Below are positions 57,116-64,000 of a DNA stretch of 64,000 bases, piece after piece. Under the pieces are notes generated by a model that saw nothing but the letters and a program-made list of their open reading frames with translations, did no database searches and was not told the DNA's origin. The stretch lies in the NCBI GenBank assembly GCA_040285855.1, contig JAUFOQ010000002.1:496001-560000 (forward strand), in the 5' to 3' direction. The stretch comes from Eukaryota sp. GEM-RC1. Its lineage: Eukaryota. A program made the translations under genes and the position numbers. Each line of letters begins with the position of its first letter. Position 1 is the stretch's first letter.

Positions 57116-60100
57116 TTAGGAATTACAGAACAAACAAAAATTTACATTTGTACAATTTACATGTTGAAAATGTTGACATTTAAAGGCCACGAGTTCCTCC
57201 GATCCAGAAAGTTTCTTCCCACACACTTGACACAAAGTGTCCCGGTCAATCACGACACCAAAATGATGATCTGATTGATTAATTAAATGATCAATTTCAA
57301 TGTTAGGAACGGAATATGATTTTAATTCTCTTAAATGTTCAACAACAAACCTCTTGAACAAATCCTGTAACTGTGATTTCGAATCAAAAAAGGAACTAAG
57401 TTCAGGCAATGGTAAAATTGAAGAAAGAAATGAAAAGAACAGGGCCTGTCAATATTAAACATTTGTTCCTGATCAATGATATTTGAAACAAAATGTTCAA
57501 TAAACTGTTTTGTGGGGGACAATGAAAACAATAATTTTCTTGTTACATCGTGTAAACCAAGAAAAAAGAAAGTGAAGCAGAGTCGTTGGAAAATGATAGT
57601 GCTAGGAATTTTAAATGAAACAAATTCTAAAATATTCAGAATTTCATTAAACCGACCATGTTGTTCCAGTACACGAACCAAACTTTCCAAAAATTTAAAA
57701 TTGTTCTGTAAAAGCAATAAACCAAATTGAACTAGGTCAGCCTGCGGTTCTCCTGGAGTAGATGTAGGGAAATAAAACAACTCTAATTCTCCAAATTTCA
57801 ATTTAAATGTTTTAATATCAATAGGATTTGAAATTAATTTAATTATAAATTGTGACGGAAACGACAGGCCCAACAGTGGAGAAATAGTAAGAGAAGAATC
57901 AGACACAACCAAAGATTCATCCAGAAAAGAATCAAAATGATCCGGGGCCAAAAGATTAGATATTTGAAAATTTGAAAAACTGGAAAGTAAAGGAGCAATT
58001 TTCAAAATTGGCACTGTATTAAACAACAACAGTTTGTTCAATTGAAAACATCTTATAAACCCAATGTTGGAATTTTTGGAAAATTGAGAATTGAAATTTT
58101 GAGAATGTTTAATTTCACTCAGTTGCTGGTATTCTGAACTACTTAAAAATTGTTCAAAATCAGACGATAAATACTGAACCCCATGTGGGTAACCAAAATT
58201 CAGCAAAAATGAAACAAATTTGAGTATTTGTTAAAACAACAAAAATCAAATAAGAGATAAAGATTAATAAATTTGAAGGAACTAGAAAAATTAAAATATT
58301 CCTTCAGAGAATACAAGATCTTTTCCTCACCCAACAGTGTACATCCACCCCCGATAAACATTGAGGACAGAAACAACTACCACTAATTAAAATATCAGTA
58401 AAAATGGAGAAAATTCTAGGACAAAATCGAAACAAATGATTAATCGTTGAGTGACTGTAGATATTTGGATTGTCAACACTAACTAAATGACTCAAAATAC
58501 ACTCAATGGAGCGATGTTCATCACTGAGACAATCAAATACACCACTCAGAAACTTTGCAACTAACCCTTGATTATGAACCTTATCCCAATCAAATCCTTC
58601 ACTATTAAGCTTCTTCAAAACTCTCTCCAACTGATCAGTCAAAGGCTCATCACATTCCTTGCCCACGTCATGGTCAAGAGAAGTCATGAGACTTTGTTCT
58701 ATAACATGAACTGCCTCACTTGGACAATCATCATCAACTTCATCAATCGAAGTCCTTGAACTAGGCAAGTGAAGATCATCATCATCATCCAAATTCAATA
58801 ATCCCAACGACAACGAGTCAAAATCAGAATCAGTCCACGAGCTCTCCTTTTTGACTGTCTTCCTCCAATCAACTGTCTTCAAAACCCCTTTATCAACAAT
58901 AGAGATGGAAGCTGTCCTTTTCTTCCTTCGAGATCTCCTGGAAACCCCCGTGAAGAGGTGTGTATAGTCTGGTACTGAGGTAGGACTGGAGGAAGGTGAT
59001 TGGCGGTCAATTGAACTGGTGATTGGAGGGAAAAGCTCAGAAGAAGTTAAGTTCAAGTTCTCAAAGGAAGTTGTTAGGTCATCTTGATTGATTGGTGATT
59101 GGTCAATCACATCAAAATCTAAGTCAATCATAGTCTCGATGTTAATCCTTCGCTCTAATAGAATGCCACTAAGTTTTTCATGAAGAGATTCGAAAAACTC
59201 AAGCTGATGTGACTGAAAATCAAAGGAATTCAAACTAAGAAAAGTTGAAAGTAAAGAGAGAACTTCTTCATCAGCGATTTCTTTTACATCTTGAAGATAA
59301 TCGTAAACTATTGATTGATGTCCTTCCCTAACCAAAGATAAACATTTATCAACTAACGACAACTGGCTAAACCTTAATACTTGATCACCAGAATCAGAAA
59401 GACCAAAGAAACATTGAGAATCAGGATGAGCAGCAACTTGAGATACAGATCCTTGAAAGTAACCGCAGAATCCCTTTCCAAAGGGATCAATCACAAAGAG
59501 CTCACCTTCTCGAAACGACAGAAGAAAGTGACTGTCATGGATCATCAACTTCCCAAATAGGAAAGAGGATTCAGTGACAGTCTGTAAAGAAGATTCAGAT
59601 TCCAAAAAGTTAAACATTGAATCGCTGGTCAATTTGATCTTCTTTGCTTTTCCTTCTTCATTAATGAAGAAGAGACCAGATCTTTTGACACAAAAGCACG
59701 TAAAAGGTCAGAATCAAAAGACAAAACCAGACCTCCATTGACTTCTTCTTCTCCGTGATTTTTTTTGATCAGATTTTTTAAAATTGACCGTTTTGTGAGA
59801 AAAGCTCACAGATTGAGAGTCAAAATCAAAAGTGATTATCATTAAATCAGTGATTTTCAAAGGATCACGTATTTTGACATTCTTTTGATTGATTCCGTTC
59901 CTAACAAAAGAGAACATGATGGAGTATGATAAGAAAGAACAACGGGCCGAGCTCCAACTGAAATTGTAGTAAGCAAAGTTGCCCAATTGTTACGGAATCT
60001 GTAGACGTAGACATTGGTCATTGAAGAGAGAAAGAGAAGAGATTCATCAGAAGACCAGGCAATGCAATGAACAGGAGAAGGAGTTTTGATTGTTGAAAGA

Positions 60101-60407
60101 TGCTTTAGAGAGTTTTCAGAAGATAGCGAAAAGATGGATAGAGAATCTACTGAAGAGGCAGCTGCGAGATAGTTTCCAGAAAAGAAGGGGTAAGAACAGA
60201 AATAGATCCTCGTAGAGAAGGGTGAGCAACAAAACTGATGAGAGAGTAGGTATTGACAGAGAACTGGTAGATTGATGATGTGTTGGTACCAAGAAAAATA
60301 TAGGAAGAAGACATATTGAGACATGTGAATCGGGTTCGTTTTGAGCCCTGGAAGACAGAGGCGAATTCATGAAGAGGTTTTGCTTCAAAGAGCGCTGGTA
60401 GAGACAT
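57116..60407 (-). CDS. HPS5/TECPR2-like beta-propeller + alpha-solenoid + C-terminal RING protein; several frameshifts
   Basis: N-terminus LFEAKPL...RFTCLNMSSSYIFLGTNTSSIY, WD-like repeats, and C-terminal CQVC...FKCQHFQHVNC...CLFC. Confidence 0.55.
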
Positions 60408-60446
60408 TTTGTTGAAAATTCCAACAAGTGAATCAACACAACCTTC

Positions 60447-62215
60447 ATGTTGACTGGAGAGAAACGTCTTTCTGGGAGCACACCACTTACGAGAAAGCGG
60501 CCTAACACATCTCAAATCCCAGAAGAATCTTCCAGTGATGATCTCAATACATCAACTTCATCATCAGCGCATTTACTAAATCAACTATCATCAGCATTAA
60601 CAAATGCCACAGCTAATGTTAAACACACTCAAAATGAACTCAGCGATTTGACAGCATCTCACAAACGGCTAAAGTTATCACTACACTCTGCCTCCAAAAG
60701 AATCCGATCACAACAACTTGTCATACACACCCTCAAACGACGATCGCGACTTTCTTCAACTGCCTTTCAATCTAAAAAGCAACAACAACAACAGAAACTC
60801 AAGGACGAGTCACGACGATTCTCCACAACCACCTCACATCTTCTTTCTATTATATCAAAGTACAACCTCCAGGGAGAAGTCGATCCTTCCATTCTCTCTG
60901 TTGACAGTCTTCCAACAAGTAAATCTTTCAAATCTCCAAAGGTAGTAGACCATGCTGCCCTCTCTGACCTTCAAAAACAACTCTCTTTCCTTCGATCCTC
61001 GTTCAGTTCTCTAAAGGACTCAGCTCAAGAGATTTCATCTCTTCAATCTCATTTAAACGCAATTACTTCTTCTTTCTCCCAACTTCCTTCCTATAACCAG
61101 ATGACCATCGACATTGAGAAACTGAGGTCTCTTTTATCCTTGGAACAATCTAAGCGAAGAGCAGCCTATGATAAAATATCTTCTTTAATGGGCAATATTC
61201 GTGTGGTGGCTAGAGTTCGACCTTGTTTGGCTTCAGAACATGATTTAATAGCAGTTAAAGTTGAAAACGGGTCTGTTACTGTAGCAACTAAAAAGAAGGA
61301 GCTCACAGGTGTCGTTAATACAATTAAAAAAACCTTTAATTTTGAAAGAGCTATTGGACCTGAAGATGGTCAATCAGAAATCTTTGGAGAAGTCGAACCA
61401 TTGCTATACTCTTTTGTTAATGGAAAGAATTGTTGCATATCAGCATATGGTCAGTCATCTTCAGGTATGATTGTCCTTCAACTTAGCTCACCTTAGGAAA
61501 AACCTACACACTATTAGGCAATGGTACAACTGAAGGTGTCGTTCAATTCTCAATTGCTTATTTATTTAAATTTATCGAGGAATCTGTGTTAGAAAACACG
61601 TCGTTGACACGTGATGATTTTGTATTGTCACTTTCTGTTATTGAGATATACAATGAAGATGTGTTTGATCTTCTAAATGATCAAAGGCCTATAGCAGTGC
61701 AAACAAATCAATCAGGTGATGTCATTTTGACTGGCATAACGACTCATGAGCTCAACTCTGTTTCCCAATCAATGTCGTTGATTGCAGCCGCTACTAAACA
61801 TCGACATTCCAGTAGCACGGGACTTAACTCACAATCAAGTCGATCACATTGTCTCTTCATATTCACTCTCAACAAGTTTAAGTTAGTTCTCTGTGACTTG
61901 GCTGGATCTGAGTCTTTCTCCAAGGCTGTTACTAGTAGTTCTGGGGAAGGAGTGGTTAGAGAAGGAAGTAACATCAACAAAAGCTTAAGTGCTTTTGCTG
62001 ATGTTCTGGCAGCTAGTAGAGCTGGTTCAGGTCATATTCCTTATAGACGGTCAAAATTAACTCATATTTTGAGTGATTGTATTGGAGGTGAGTGTAAGTT
62101 TATCCTACTAATCACAATCAGTCCTTTTTCTTCTAATGCGATGGAAACTCTACAAACTTTGGAGTTTGGATCGCGGGCAAGTATAACGAGCTTCAAAAAT
62201 AAAGTTAAAAGATGA
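60447..62215 (+). CDS. Kinesin-14 (C-terminal motor); intron 61465-61496
   Basis: Coiled coil, neck LMGNIRVVARVRP, spliced GQSSSGKT, NSQSSRSH, DLAGSE and HIPYRRSKLT. Confidence 0.9.
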
Positions 62216-62329
62216 TTTAATGGACCAAATTGTTCCTATATTTGGGATTTTTGTGTGTATATAAGTTGGTCTCGAACTTCAAAAAAAACTATTTAAATAA
62301 AAACTAATGTAAATAACAACTCTAAAACT

Positions 62330-64000
62330 CTACTTACGCCTCTTTTGCTTGGCTTTTGCTCCCTTCTGGGCTCCTTTAATCAATCCAGCAAACACATCAC
62401 TCTTCTTTGATCTCTTCTTCAAATGAGCAGGATTCAATGCCACGACAGCAACTGAGCTGTTATTGGCAATCACACGATGACCCTTTGAGTCTCGTTGAGT
62501 TTTTTTACTTGATTGACCGTCATCCTTACGACGTTTCCGATTTACTTTTGATTCATTTTCAACACTACCAGCTCTAATTACTTGAGACAAATCAAGTCCA
62601 TCATCTTTGCTATCCAAAAACGAACTCTTGATTACCAACTTACCAGAATCTTCTTGAATCATTGGACCTGGAAACGTGTTTTCTCTTGAATTCTTCTGAC
62701 TAACTTGAGTTTTTAAATGAACCTGTGTTTGATTGTCATCAAGTAAATCCAATGACGTTGGCACGACCAAATCACCTTCCTTTTCTGTTTTTGATTGATC
62801 TCTATTCCTGTTCTTTTCCGCTTTGTCTTTTCGAGTCTTTCTTCTGAGAGATTTATCAACTGCATGGATAACTTTAAAGAAATCAGAAAGATTATCATTT
62901 GCCTGACAAGCTTCAGAAACTGTAGTTCCACCAAATTTCTTAATAAACTTCTCAATTAAATATCTGACATTCTTGGCACTCTTAGCTGAATGATTGTACC
63001 AATATTTAAAAAATACCAGTATTTCAGTTAACAAATAGTCACGTACTAACTGACGTCCTTTTCTAAATGAAACCATTCTCTTAAGTAAAAGAAGAACAGA
63101 TCGAGAACATTCTGAGGTCATTGACTCTTTAGGAGAAATTAAAATTTGATGAATGAATTCGCCAATTTCTTCGAAAATTTCAGTATTCAAGTACTGCTCA
63201 AACTCCAAAATCAGTGAGCTAAAAGCGGTAATCAGTCCAGAATCAATCACAATTGATTGACCCCCACGGAAAAGTGATCGCAACACTCCATCAACACCTC
63301 TATCATGGGCAACTGAATCGTGAGCAATAGCAGACAACAATCCCAATACAGACTTTCTAACTTTAGCACTACCAGTTTTCAATCCAATCACACAATCACC
63401 TACCCAATCAGTCAATAACAAATGCTGTGATGACGATATAAAAGGAACCAACGCAGTTAAAAGCCTGAAAAAGATCTCTTTGCTCCATCTGCCACTGTAG
63501 ACACTGAACAAGACTTTGCCAAATTAAAAGCTTCCTGTTTCATTTCGTCGTTAGAAATGGATGCAAGATTCGCTGCCAAACGGAAGATCTTGTGTAATAA
63601 AGCAGAGTCTCCATAGGGGAGAAGAGATTGCAGACATTTTAATACTAATACTCCGGGATCTTTGATTTTGGCGGTATCTTGGTTTTGGCGGCAGATTGTT
63701 GCTAGAGAGAACACGTGGATTAGGTCAGAATAGACGTGTATCATTGGATTTTGACCATCTGATGGAGACGCCTGGACCAGAGCAAAAGTTTTTTTAATTG
63801 TTTCTGATAGGAAATTCATAACTCCCTGGAAAGGTGAAATTAAACTCAAAACGTAAACTGTTTCTAAAATTTGTTTACGGCACTCACTTTTGAGTTGATT
63901 TTGATGTAGTGAAACCGATTTAACACTTGAACTGAAAAGATCAAGAAGAGCAATCAAAAGCTGTCTACAGTGAGGAGCAATGATTGATTTGTTGATTTTG
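62330..64000 (-). CDS. RRP12: RRP12-like HEAT-repeat protein, C-terminal part; frameshifted and runs off the window end
   Basis: VRYLIEKFIKKFG, LDLLD and ALNPAHLKKR...LIKGAQKG. Confidence 0.7.

Noticed and set aside
830..63957. Genome-wide programmed frameshifting or RNA editing to explain the many split genes
   Set aside because: Most breaks I inspected are +1 or -1 changes in A/T runs with no common slippery-stop motif and they hit essential genes such as primase and MED6. Long-read homopolymer error is simpler; short-read polishing would settle it.

Overview
Gene-dense eukaryotic DNA from a compact protist genome, read with the standard genetic code and carrying 26-32 nt GT-AG introns. 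The divergent H3 tail, tiny introns and a kinesin-9 suggest a flagellate, probably a metamonad; that assignment is inference. Host genes include Rab11, Derlin, Hsp90, NASP, a VHS/GAT protein, primase small subunit, E2F/DP, TMC, eIF2D, SGT1, MED6, a four-histone cluster, NSA1, CTNNBL1, two kinesins, TGS1, an HPS5-like gene, RRP12 and two identical tRNA-Thr genes. Many genes are split by single-base indels in homopolymers, most likely long-read errors. The main find is an accessory element at about 14.2-20.8 kb, next to an actin pseudogene. Once the breaks are bridged it encodes one reading frame: repeat leader, 2A ribosome-skip motif (DIESNPGP), two SENP8/Ulp1-like cysteine proteases, a PolB-type DEDDy 3'-5' exonuclease, and a Fanzor1 (TnpB-like RNA-guided RuvC). 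A structured 3' tail follows that could be an omegaRNA. Other highlights are a catalytically dead, intron-containing RT-derived gene, a variant histone 3' stem-loop after all four histones, a vitellogenin/MTP-like gene, hAT and mariner-type MITEs, and nested CRE-like non-LTR fragments. All domain calls are by eye, with no database searches.
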